Positions 42,901 through 55,758 of a DNA stretch of 64,000 bases are shown piece after piece. A program made the position numbers and the translations under genes. The stretch covers positions 1,015,983-1,079,982 of the forward strand of contig NW_002060948.1 of NCBI RefSeq assembly GCF_000150275.1, written 5' to 3'. Each line of letters starts with the position of its first letter. The stretch's first letter is position 1. The notes beneath the pieces are model-generated. The model saw only the letters and a list, made by a program, of their open reading frames with translations, was not told the origin of the DNA and made no database searches. The DNA is from Trichoplax adhaerens (Eukaryota; Animalia; Placozoa).

Positions 42901-45900
42901 GTTCGTCGGAAATGTTCTAGGCTTGTTACTATCATTGACTTTATTTCAGAGTTGTGCTTGCAGCCAAAAGCCCAGCAGTGGTTTGGGGATGAACCAGCTC
43001 TGTGTATGTGGAATTCTATTATTAAAGGCTTATGTACTCATCAGGATAAGCCATTATTGTGTCAACTGCCTAAACGTGACAGAATTGACATTGAAACAGC
43101 AACCATTTTACTGGTAAAACGGTTTACATCTCATAATTATCCGAATCAACAAAAGATTGTTGATATTATATATCGCCTTTTAGCCGTTAAAAATCACGAT
43201 GATGGAAAATCTCTACAGTATCCTCGACAGTGTATCATTCCTAATTTTTTTAGGAAATTACTCGCTCAAGTCATACTGCGAGATGAGTGCATCAATCTAC
43301 AAATCAGATATTTTAAACCTCTGGAAGAATTTTCATTTCAAAGTAGTTTATCTCATCCTCGATTTACAATCGATCGCAAGAAGTATCTTTTTGAAGCAAA
43401 ATTATCTGATAGCATCCATACTTTGATCGGTCCACTTTTAAATGAAAAAAATAATGTTATCATGGATAAAAAATTAGAACAGGCTGTCCAAAAGCAGCTA
43501 AGTAAGACTAAAAATGCTGGTGATGTTGAAGGCTATGGTGTTAAGATGGTATCAATTCCAGCCAGTCAAAGATCATTAGATCAACTTGATAGTAATGACG
43601 ATAATGATACCAGTGATGAAGAAGGATCATATGTAATATATTTCGGAGATTTTGCCTTTTTATTAAACTCGAAAGCGAAAAAATGCACAATTTCTCAAAT
43701 TCTTCAGTATTTGATTGATAAAGAAGTGATCAATTTATCACAACCTATTATTGAGTTATACGTTTGTACCCACGATCTACCGAGACCGCCATCTCTACCA
43801 GGTACAGTATATTGTACAGTAGAAATAGTAATGGTAGGAAATATAATTTTTACTAAATTGTAGACGGTTGTTATTACATTAATATAAATTTATCATTAAA
43901 ATTGTATAGCTATACAACAATTGGACTGGTCAACACTTGCTCCTCTTCCATCGTTTTTAAGTACTTTCATTAAGGCTGGCTGCGCGCAAATATTGGGCAA
44001 TAGAATTATCCCATCAATCAACGTTAACAACATTTATAGCTACTTGACTCCAATTCTTAAAACACTCTCTACTAATATTATGGCTGCTATGCCGCCGCAT
44101 TCTTTATTAAGTTTTGGAATGTTTCTGAATTTGAATGGATTTGCTGAAAAGTTATTAAGTAATGAGACAAGCGCCAGATGGTTGTTTAGGCTAACTTCTG
44201 GGGTGGAAATTAGTACTGAAGGAGGTATGTCATGCGTAGATGTAATAAATTTTGTATTTGCGTATTTCAGACAAATTGAACGAATAAATTTTGTACAAAT
44301 AGAATTACTTAGTTATAATTTGGATATTTTGGGATTCTTTTTCATTGTAGGGAATATCTCTACGGTTGCTGGTAAACTGTCCCTACCACTGAAGCCATTC
44401 ACAGCATTGGAATCTTTATTTCATGAAATACAGTTTTCTTGCAGCGAAGGGATAGATTTACGGACGGAAGCTATCGAACTTGGAATTATGCACTTACTCA
44501 TTACATGTTTAAAGATATTTGGTCACCTTGAACCGTTTATATCAATAGATCAGAATTCGGTAGGGAAGCCGATTGCTAGTGCGATATACTTGTAACGTGC
44601 ATTAAGCTTGTAGGCGCGGATATATTAAGGTGCTCTTTTATTAATAGGAGACTCAACAGCTGGAACATTCCGGTGTATCTTGCAGCGACGTGCTAGGAAA
44701 TAATGACCCAATGTCTTCTCAAAGGGAAAAAAGCAGAGACCATGATTTATACTATATGGCAAAAGGGACAGGATTTGGAACAGGATCGATTGCGTCTAAC
44801 TGGGATGTGGATCAACTGCTCATAGTTCAACAAATTGAAGAGTCTCATATTAACGCTATTTTGAATGTATGATTTTTAGAGTAGTTGTCTACAAATAAAT
44901 ATATTAAGCTTTCGTTTTTTTAATTTTTCATATTTGTTTATTATTAATAGGTGATCACATCCTTTCTGGAATATGACAAATCAACCTATTTATCGTTAGA
45001 TACAAGAGTAAAAGATACGATATCCACAATTCTTAAGAAATTAGCTCTATTATTTAAAGAATCGAACTTTGTGGTTTTTATTAATAATTGTCTAAGGAAT
45101 GACTCTGGTTAGCATTCTACTTTGCAATTCTCGAATACTTAATCAACCTAAAATTAAATTTTTAAAAATCTTTATGTTAGTTTTAGATATTGCACACCAT
45201 ATTCCGATGTATCAGTCTTTATTAAATGTCGTACGTAATATTGCAAAATGGCCGACGTTAATTCCGCTACTAGCTCCGGACGTCACCTCAAGCGAAGGCT
45301 CTGATGGCGTCGTAGATTTTATTAAAAATTTAAAAAGCTGCATCGAAATTTATTTGGGAAGATTAAGGTGCTATTAATGCCTATACAGGAACGAATACGT
45401 TTATCATTCATAAAATTGTTGTTATTTAATTCCTTTTTGCATTAATTATTAGGCCAAGTAAGAAAGGTACTTTTAAAAATGGCGATAAAATGATAGATGA
45501 AGGTAAGTTAACACCGGATTATGTGATGGCAACAAAGCTCTTCGAATATTGAATCGACAATATAATACTGAATGGGATGGTGAGACCTTATTCAGTAATT
45601 TTATTGTAAACATTTATTTCAGGATTGCAGAAAGAAAACAAAGAAGATCAGGACAGAAAAAACATTGCTTCCTTGATTCCGAATATTTTAACTACTTTAG
45701 AGATAGTCGAAAATGGTATTGCTTCTTATAGAAATGTGAATGAAGATATGCCAACGTTGGTTAACACGAATGCTGATATTAATGAAGAGCAACATGATGG
45801 TGATAGTGATCAAAATTATGTGGCAAAGATGAGATCGTTGCAGTTTGGTAGGCTATTCATAGATGATTGTTAACTAATTTAATTCAGTGTTCGAACTTGA

Positions 45901-47126
45901 CGAATATTTGATGGATCGGCTTCGTTGTTGATTTAATAATATACTATTTTTTCTTGCTACATTTTAAGATACTTACTGTATCACAACTGAAACGGATGAA
46001 AATGAAACGATATTTAACGTTCGCTATCACTATGCATCAGCCGTGCGTTCAGCAATAGCTAATGGTAGCGATTCTGGCAGTTCGGAGAGGGCTAGAAGGC
46101 TAGCTCAGGAAGCTGCGGCTTTGTCGAATTCCTTACCATTATCTGCCAGTTCTAGTGTGTTTGTCAGATGTGATGAAGAACGGCTAGACATAATGAAGGT
46201 AGGTCGGTACTATCTTACTTAGTTTGCAGCCAAACTAGTAATATATTAATATACTATACATGTAGGTTATAGTTACGGGTCCTAGTGGAACACCATACGC
46301 AAACGGTTGCTTTGAATTTGATACCTACTTTCCGCCAGAATACCCAAATGTTCCTATGCAAATAACATTAATAACTACTGGTAATCATACCGTAAGATTC
46401 AATCCTAACCTTTACAACGAAGGCAAGGTAATTTTAATGCTCTGTACTGTAATACCATTTAATGTTGTCCATGGATGATTTTACATTGATATTCTAAAGC
46501 TAATTAGCTGATTAATGGAAATAACTTTAAACCCTAATAGGTATGCCTGAGCATACTGAATACATGGGTTGGTAGACCAGAAGAAAAATGGAGCCCTCAG
46601 ACCTCGAATTTTTTACAGGTTAACTTTTAAAGCCGTAATTAATTATTGGCTGTTGCATCAACATTGAGTTTATTTCGATTTTGTATAGGTCCTAGTTTCG
46701 ATTCAGTCGTTGATTCTGGTATCTGAACCTTATTTTAATGAGCCTGGATATGAAAGGTCATATAATACCCCTCATGGTCAGCAAGCGTCGTTAGAATATA
46801 GCGCAAATATTAGACAAGCGACAGTTCGTTGGGCAATGTTGGAACAATTGCGTAATCCACCGTCAGGCTTTGAAGATGTAGGTACCAGTTTGTATTCGCT
46901 GTTTATTTTGTGAGTGCTGATAACTGCTAAAAACTTACTTTAGGTAATACAAAGTCATTTTGCAATGAAACGAAGTGAGATTTTAAAACAATGTCAAAAC
47001 TGGAGAGAAGAGTATGAAGATATCGTAAAAAATCACAGCAAAAAAGCAAGTAAAGCGTTCGTGAATAGTCTGGAACTTCTAAAAAAGCACATTAATAAGT
47101 TACAGGAAGAATTGAAGAAATTATAA
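27914..47126 (+). CDS. BIRC6: Baculoviral IAP repeat-containing protein 6 (BRUCE/Apollon), giant E2/E3 hybrid; very many exons
   Basis: ATG 27914 (MATGGG...); [19 protein letters not shown]; BIR domain; central blocks [45 protein letters not shown]; C-terminal UBC domain; stop TAA 47124-47126. Confidence 0.96.
30820..31440 (+). other. BIRC6: BIR domain-coding exons of BIRC6
   Basis: [23 protein letters not shown]|[15 protein letters not shown]|[28 protein letters not shown]|[13 protein letters not shown], with zinc ligands CxxC...H...C. Confidence 0.93.
46090..46877 (+). other. BIRC6: UBC (E2) domain-coding exons of BIRC6
   Basis: [34 protein letters not shown]|[19 protein letters not shown]...[11 protein letters not shown]|VCLSILNTW...|[20 protein letters not shown]; the catalytic Cys in GKVCLS is intact. 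Confidence 0.95.
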
Positions 47127-49769
47127 TTATTCATTTAATAAATTAGAATGGTATTGCTTTGCAGTATTGCGAGCGTGATATATAATCGTTTACTCATTGT
47201 ACAGCGTTACGTATATTCCTTCATATCTACAAATAGTACTATCTAATCTGCAGCAGAATGTTCAGCATGCATAGTATTAAGAGATTTGCCACATCATCTA
47301 AATAAAATGTTATCCTTTGCTTTGCTTACCAAGTCTATTCTGACTTATGGGTTAGTTAAATATGATATCTTATCATTATTTTTGTTATATCCTATCGTAA
47401 GTCAATACCTGTATGCTATGAACATTATTATTAATGATGATCTAGCGCATATGTTCCAATTACAATTTTAAATGCAAAATATATATATAAGTGCTACATA
47501 CGTATAAAAAAGCTCAAAAATTAATCAATGAATCAGTTAAATTGTTTTTACGATTTTAATATGACATCAACTAATACATGTATACTTTCAATAGAAGTGT
47601 ACGAAGTAGCAAGAATAATGTTCATACTGCAACTGTTTATGTAGCAGTTGTCGATTTTTGTTAATTAATCACAATGTAGTAAATGAATTTTGCATCTACT
47701 GTTGTGAAAATGGGGATACGAAGAGATTGGGTTATGATGAATCTTTCACTTTTTTTAAAGAAAATTGAAAGAAGTATTAAAATTATATGTTTGATTTAAA
47801 AAGCGAACAATAAACCGTATAGTAATAAGAAGTTTTAATTGATGAAATATGGATGTCAAACACTGCGTAATAGCATAATATTGGATTAGTATTAAGTAAC
47901 AAATTCTGGTAAATTAATTACTGTACTCCTAAAATATCAATAGGTCACTTGATAGCTGAAACACATTTTACTGTAAGTATACTAAATTGAGGAGCATTTT
48001 TGTAAACGAAGAAATCTTAGTTCATTTGGTGTCGGAAATCAAACTTTGCTTAAAGATGGTATGGTATGGCATTTTTTGATGCCTAGCTAATTTTAACCCT
48101 ACTACTATATATCGTATGTAATATACGAGTATAGATTCCTATATTTACTGCATACTTAGATCAATATTTCTTCGCGCTTTTCGAATATATATTTACCGCT
48201 TCATTAAGTATATCCTTGATCGATTATTACTTAAAATTGGTAGAAGGTGCATTCGCTTTTAATCAGATATAAATATTTACACAAATGATAGCTACGAACT
48301 GAGGAATATTTACTTATCGTTTTTAATTCATTTCTCGTAAATACGCGTATATAACTAACTACTCAGATTTGTAATTTTTCATTTATCAATAAATATTACA
48401 GCTGCTATACAATCTGATTCCTTGCCTAATCAGGTATAGTAGTCATGATGAACTATTCTTAAGACTATCAAGGGGCGTTATATCAATAAATTAATATGCT
48501 GTCCATATCGTCACGTCATGAGAATCTATGTGCAAGATGAAATCAATCATTTACAACTTTCGAACATTTCTATACAGTATACTCTATTGATAAATTACGT
48601 TACTTTTTATAGGTAGGAAAATCTGAAATAGGTTTATCAATAGTATAATTAAAATTCTATTGATAGTAAATTTACTCCAAATGAAGAAACACTACAGCTA
48701 TCATGCAATTTGATTTTCTCAGCCATGTTAAAATATGAGTACACAATTTGATATTAAAATACCGTACGAAAACAGCAGTGATAATGAAACATATTTATTA
48801 GGTTATACGTATGCCGCTTGTATACTACTGTACAAGTGTACATACGATATCACGGCAGAACAGGCTAAACACCAACGTTATCGAGGCTTTACATATAATA
48901 GTGTGTTGTTAATATATTAATTAATGTCATTGCAGTCTATGATTTAAAATTGATCGATTAAAGATCACAAAACCGAGATAATTTAGTGAATGCTTAGGGC
49001 TACTGTGTTGGCTTTACAAATAATAATGATAATATAATAATTAGTTGATAGAAGCGAATGTCAAACTCAACTACTGAATAACTTTAATATTATATAATAT
49101 GTTACGCCAATATTGTCAATTTATAGTAGTACCGCTCTTACAGTATATTAATAAGCTGAGCTAATACTGTATTCGTCTACATTACTGTGTATCGTTTTAA
49201 GACAAGACCTATGCATTAACCTCAACAAGCATGATCGAATTTGTTATAGAAGCAGCTATTTAGTTAAGGCACGAAATACAGCGTATTTTATAAGCTATGG
49301 CGGTCATTAAGGCAAATAGATCAGTTTTAATACATGCTCGACGTGCATTTATGATTGTATGATGAATAGCATAAGAGCAACGAATCTAGTCAATTTAAGA
49401 CTGTGCCTACTGTACTGTATGTATATGGATTGGAGGAAGGTTAAAATGATAATTACATAATTGATATTATTATTACGTAGATTCCTAAGTGTATATATAC
49501 TGCGTATAACAACATACAGTCGTGTAAATTTATGAATAGTATCAAGAAGGTAAGATAGTGATCGATAAAGTCATGAATTAGCGAATTAATATGATTAATG
49601 ATGCATCTTCATTTATTCTCTTGGAGTAGGTGATATAAAAGCTATGCAGTTTCGGTATTTATGGCAAAGCGTTTGCAAGGTCACACTGAAGATACATTCT
49701 TATATACAAGCACGAGTCCACATTTCATGGAAGCAAGACGAAATCCTATCCAAAGGCTGACGGAACATT

Positions 49770-49952
49770 TCACATTTTATCTAATTCACTGTCGACTTCG
49801 CTGATTTTACTTTGCAATATTCTTTTCTTAGCTCGTAGGTACTTCCTGCGAACTGAACCGATCTCGTAGCCGCAAACCATTCCTCCAACAAAGACCAACG
49901 TCAAAACTACAGTAAATGTAGTTTTACTCATGGATAGACTGTCACCACTCAT
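49770..49952 (-). CDS. MTLN: Mitoregulin (MTLN/MOXI/SMIM37)-like single-pass microprotein, 60 aa (53 aa from the second ATG at 49931)
   Basis: MSGDSLSMSKTTFTVVLTLVFVGGMVCGYEIGSVRRKYLRAKKRILQSKISEVDSELDKM: TM helix with FxxGxxxG, then RRKYL..KKR.LQ.K....LD, ungapped against recalled human MTLN. Single coding exon preceded by a pyrimidine-rich acceptor at ~49977. Confidence 0.75.
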   Translation of the reverse strand: MSGDSLSMSKTTFTVVLTLVFVGGMVCGYEIGSVRRKYLRAKKRILQSKISEVDSELDKM

Positions 49953-50924
49953 CTTTACAATCAACAAGCTCTGGTCCTAGGTAGGCAAAGAGAGATTTAA
50001 GTTAGTCAATCCTGTAAATATCTCAACGACGGATGAAATATGGTCTACTTATTGAATTGATCATACAACATTGAAAGTATTCCCTAAACTAATATATATG
50101 ATTCGTATTGCATTATCAGCTACAAAAAAAAGGGAGGCAATCTTCTTGAAAATGCTAGAGTGATAAAAAAGACTTTACCAAGGATATTTAGATGAATTAA
50201 AATGGAGAGATAGAATCAAGGAGTTCGATTAATAGCAGGTTTTAATTTTCCTGTCGTTATGGACTGATCAAGTTAGCTTATAATATTCCTCCACCCTTGA
50301 TGGACTATTTTAATTGGCTCGAGGGAAAGACTTCTGTTGGTGCCGCTCCTATAGAATTTACTATAGCCAAATCGCTGTATTATAACAAAGAAAGTACCGG
50401 GATTGATCCCGTTATAGGGAATCGACGATGCCAGTCTCTCAAGAGTGATTTATATATTAGGTGATATCATGTTTGGGATATATGATAGTCCTGTTATCAT
50501 CAAACTTTTGGTCACGAGGAGCCTTCAGACCATGTGATAGGCTGCCCTCAAGGTTCTTGTATGCTTTTTGGTACTGTACGCGATCGCCTTGAATACTAAC
50601 TATAATTAGTATAGCGTTGGGCGTGATCTACCGCAACTTGTACCGTAGAACTTGATCGATGATGAGGTGATTTGGCTTTGGCCATGCACAACGAGATTTA
50701 AACCAACTGCAGCAGCGGCTTGCAAGCTGAGTAATAAAGTGTTGAAAGTGCAAAAGCTAGGAAGAAAATTGGACTGGAAGGATAGAAAAAGACTCACAAG
50801 TTGTTAAACAGCTACTACCAGTTTACAAAGGACATCCAATTTTGAACGATATACAGTATATCTGACGGCTTAACCGATCACAAGGCAACGACGAGTTATC
50901 GCGCTGCAGAATTCCTGATCGAAA

Positions 50925-53527
50925 ATGGTAAGTCATGGAGAGGACGTATTGCTATAAACTGAAAATTGAAAATGCTTTGCCTCTTTAATGCATATTTTCC
51001 ACCTTTTTCAACCATCATGAATCGTTGTTAACCTATAAATAGAGACTGTATCTCACTTTGGGATCAAAATACTTGCTGTTACTTACATCTTGAAAACTAA
51101 TATGGAGAAGATAGTATTCTAATTGGCATAGCAACTGCACACATAGTCAGTCACTATTCGCATAATAGACCGTTGTACAGTATATCAAATTGCCGGAAAT
51201 GCTCATGAAGAATTGCCCGTCTAATTCACGATAATAATTATCGTGAATGATCAATTTACGAGCTTATACCTAATTCACTTACAACACTACTATACAGTAC
51301 AGCGTATTGATATGATGTCTATCATACGTGAAGTTCTTATATTGTTACGCTATATAAATCCAATGAAAGTAGCTCAGTTATCCGTCAGACTTGGAACGTT
51401 ATAGAACTCCTCAGGTTCTACATTGAATTCCTTGCTAGTACGTATGGATCAGTCTAGCAGATTCAGTAGACATGAATAGTGAACAAATGAGTGTAAATGA
51501 AGTCTATACCTGTAGATTACACTTGTACGATTCTATAGACAGTATCATGTATTATGGCACATGCCAAGCAAGGAGCTATGTTCAGGATTGCAGTTACTAA
51601 TCAGTAGGAAATGAGACATTTTAGTTATATCTTTTAGCTCTTTGTAATGAATGGAGCCTATGGAAAGGATAGAGAGAAATAAGCTTCTGTTTGATATCGA
51701 AATTTTTTATTCACTAATAACAGGGAAAGGCCAAAAGAACTAGAAAATTTGCAGAAGTTAAGCGCCTAATCAATCCTAAAGACCCAAGAATGTAACTATT
51801 TCATTAACTATGAATATTTACTTTTGCCATCACTTACTGCCTAAATGAAATATTCAAAGTACCGTTTTAAATAGAGAATCTATGGATTTACTTTTTACAT
51901 TGGAAATTTACTTTCATGTGTAGGAGATACAAATGTGATTTATGTTAAAATGAAAATTACTGCTGTATATTGAGTTAATTGCAACGAAATTTTGTCAGGA
52001 GATTGTCATACCTGATACCTACGTTCTTGTGATTTACACACTACAATATCGACCGGATAGCCTCCTTTGTAAATACTTTATGTCAAAATGTTACAAAACG
52101 GACTAAATGAGTACCAACAAATTAATATACAGTAGGTCTTTACATCATGCTATGCGTTAATACGCATGATTTTATATTATTTAAGAAGGATATTCCATAA
52201 ATTTTAATTCATGGAGCCTTTACATAAATAATATTACGACGATTAAAATACACGCTATTTTATAAACGGTTTATAATGTATGCTATATCTAACCTAGTTT
52301 GATGTGGTATTCTTGCAGCAAAGACAACAAACCCAGTAAAAAGAAAGACAATAAATCTGAAGACCAAGTTCGAAGACTGTAAGTCTTTAGTTCTTTATCG
52401 CTTTGTTAAATATTGATTTTATTACCATATATATTCAATAAGATAAGCTGCATGATGATCTAAATTGGAATGCTGCTCTTCCATGCGCAATGTATGCTAG
52501 ATATTTTTAACTAACACAGTACTTGGTTATTTATTCAATTTGTAGCCAGCCAATCTTCTCTTCCCTCTATTTTCGCTACAATACTCAACTAGGGCCGCCT
52601 TATCATATCATTGTAGATACAAACTTTATTAACTTTTCCATAAAAAATAAGCTCGACATTATGCAGTCTATGATGGGCTGCTTATATGCTAAGTGTAAGC
52701 AGATTTATAACTTGTTTTCTTTCGATTTTAGCCATTTATTGCATTTCTAAGTGATGTTAATATGCTAAAATTTGATCACATGCATTTTTGGGCTAAAGTG
52801 GCAAGTTCTGATTGAATGATGTAGGTACTCCTTGTATAACTGACTGTGTTATGGGAGAATTGGAAAAATTAGGACCCAAGTATAGGGTTGCCCTAAGGTA
52901 GATTTTTAAACATCAATCGATGGTACTTTGGTTAACAATAGTATTGCTTGTATAGTAATTGTGAATATTTTTGCAGAATTGCGAAAGATCCACGATTCGA
53001 GCGTTTACCTTGTATGCACAAGGGTACTTACGCTGACGATTGTATTGTCGAAAGAGTCAGCAGTGTAAATAGCAACTTCTAATTTCTTTCTTTTAATGCT
53101 GCATACTATACAATATGTTGCTGAACATGAAAACTGATTATTTTTTCCTTCTTTATACAGCAAAAGTGTTACATTGTAGCTACCTGCGATAGAGATTTAA
53201 AAAGGCGAATCAGAAAAATACCTGGAGTCCCGATCATGTATATTTCTCAGCATAAGTAAGTAATATCAGAATATAGTGCATTGAAGTATTAAGTGAAACT
53301 AACACGTTTCATGATACCGATCGTTATATCTTAGGTATACAATAGAGCAAATGCCAGATGCGTTTGGAGGTAAAAGCAATGAAACTTTATCTATTTACTG
53401 TTATGCTTATTGATTTTATTTAGCGATTGTTTGTAATCGGCGTTATTTACACGATATAGCAACAAATCCTTTACGATAACATGGTAATCGATTGTATTTC
53501 TTCTTGTTTTTAGCACCTAGGATTTAA
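50925..53527 (+). CDS. FCF1: rRNA-processing protein FCF1/Utp24 (PIN-domain nuclease); 9 coding exons
   Basis: ATG|intron|[14 protein letters not shown]...; [27 protein letters not shown]; [52 protein letters not shown]; [24 protein letters not shown]; [15 protein letters not shown]; stop 53525-53527. Confidence 0.97.
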
Positions 53528-54137
53528 CTGGGCTATTCTCTGTAATTATTTCAGCGAGTTATGGTGATTTCATCCAGTAGTATCCTGTAGTGTTATGATA
53601 CTGTAAGCGTTACTACAGACTATCTTATTAATGTGAATGAAGGCACCTTCAAATACAAGCTGTCAACAAGCGATTACATTATAATATTATATCTAGTAAT
53701 GATATTTATTCAATGGTCCTTCCTAGTATAATTATATAATAGAACTAAATCAGATTCACTGTAGTTTCTGCTGTAAATAACTTGTAAAATGATGTTCATC
53801 ACAATAAATTAGATTGCTTTTATTTGATCAATGAATAATTACAGAACCTATAGCCTTGATTATGTCGTATGATTACGCTAGTGATGTCAAGTCATCCCAT
53901 TATCAGATAAACAAAAATGTCTTAGCTACAGTATCACCTACTATCCGCCTGCTTGTACTATCGTGAGATACTGTCAAGCAAGTTCAACTATAATGTACGT
54001 ATATTTTACTCGCATACGCGTATGCCGATCTTAAACAAACAGAGAGTAATGAAAATCGGAATGCAGGGTAAAAGGCTTACATAACATGGTGTACACATGA
54101 TCAGTTATGTTATATTGTAACTGGCAAGGTACTACGA

Positions 54138-54166
54138 CATGGACTACTAAGACTTAGTAGTCCATG
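54138..54166. repeat. Perfect 14-bp inverted repeat CATGGACTACTAAG-A-CTTAGTAGTCCATG
   Basis: Read directly from the sequence. A half-site recurs at 57763-57775, with variants at 21350 and 55919. Confidence 0.85.
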
Positions 54167-55673
54167 GTACTGTGTACTGTGTTTTTAACAATTCAATTTA
54201 ATGAAGTTGGGTATTTTTCTCTTACCCTTTAAAATATCGCTTGCAGGATAGTACTATTAATAACGATTGAATCTAAAATAAATAGTATAATCTGATACAT
54301 TAAATGAGAGGGCAATCTACTAATCATCATTAAGCATTTTCCATTTTGATACAAGCTAGAATTTACTGTAACATTTTGTCGGCTAGTACATTGCAGTGTA
54401 CAGAACTAACATTTTTCATAGTATCAGGATTTTACCTGATACTAATCGATACTATCTTGACAATACCAAGAAAAATCTAACAGTTGATACCTCTATAGGA
54501 CACAACAATACATTAACTATTTAGGTATTTATTATACGCAATGCTAATCAAAATGGCCAATAATGTGCTAATTGTTCTATCTAATTCTATGAAAAACATT
54601 TGCTTTATAGTCTCTAGAAGGCGATGACTTGGATACCTCTTAATTATTTCGCTTTATTGGTAAAGCGAATTCGAATCGAGCAGTATCAACAAATTATGAT
54701 AACTGTACTTAATGTGTCGTACGTAATAGGAGATTACAGCTCAGTTTAAGTATTGCACAGGTGCACCGTGTACATCTATCCATCTTGTATCCTAACTTGT
54801 ATCAGTTGTATGAATGAAAGTATAGCAATTGCCACCACCGTCGTGATTGATAGATATTTTCAATCTCGATTGATCCATCAGATCTCTTCAATAGTTTTTC
54901 ATTGCAATGATAGCCATAAACAACTCAATACTTTAGTAAACTACTCACAGTACTTAGCCCATAAATGCACAGTCAATTAGTCATGCTTGACAGTCTCTTG
55001 ATCTAATTAGCATCCACAGAGTGAAGCTCAATTAGTGAAATTAGATTGCAGAGTGCATATATACGAGTGTATTGAATGATAACATCGTTCTGTTTCATTA
55101 CAGCCTTTGATCTAAGCACGATGAATCCAAAAGCGGATAACGTGTACAATTACATTCCATGCTTCTGCACCACAGTAAAGCAGTGCATCGATGGTCACAT
55201 TACACTGATGGATTGCTCAATTACAATAAGAACAATGATGATCATTTAGCAATCCATGGTACAGTACTGTAGTATGTAATACCGTCGAATGGAGATTAGA
55301 AAAAATAGAGCAATATGCTATATCTAAAAAGCAAGGCAAGCTGCTGCGAAGCTACTCCAGCGCCATCTGGTAGCTCAGGCGCGACTACTGATGCAAATTT
55401 AACATAAGCACAGAAATCACTTACTACAAAGTATAGCTGTTATTGCGTACGGGTACGACGGCTGCATAAACTGGTAGTGGATCTTTGGTAACCAAAGTCA
55501 GACACCGCGAACTACATCAGATCTGCCTGAAACAACAACTACAAGCGATCATGACTCAACGCTAGGCGTCTACGTAAAACTACCGCATCCAAACTACCGA
55601 AATTTATGATCGCCGAAAAGAATATATATTAAAAATTTTTTAAATGCCTTTAATTATGGTTCAGAGTAACCAT

Positions 55674-55758
55674 TACAGTGTACAGTACAGTACTGTATCG
55701 GACAGTTTTGAATTTTTTAGCTACAGTACTCAGTACTGTATGTACTGTACAGTACAGT
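55674..55758. repeat. ACAGT/ACTGT pentamer patch
   Basis: tacagtgtacagtacagtactgta...tacagtactcagtactgtatgtactgtacagtacagta. Confidence 0.7.

Noticed and set aside
50290-50580. Possible RNase P/MRP RNA (GAAAGTACCGG resembles CR-I) or a 54-aa + strand ORF from 50300
   Set aside because: No matching CR-V/P4 partner, and the ORF has no recognisable homology or promoter context.
50659-50730. ATGATGA...CTGA on the + strand upstream of FCF1
   Set aside because: Not inside an intron of a + strand gene, no terminal stem, and the CTGA coincides with the - strand splice acceptor.
55357-55373. Near-consensus CTCF site (CTACCAGATGGCGCTG on -)
   Set aside because: Single occurrence. CTCF is considered bilaterian-restricted, and the core is equally explained by a YY1-like motif or chance.
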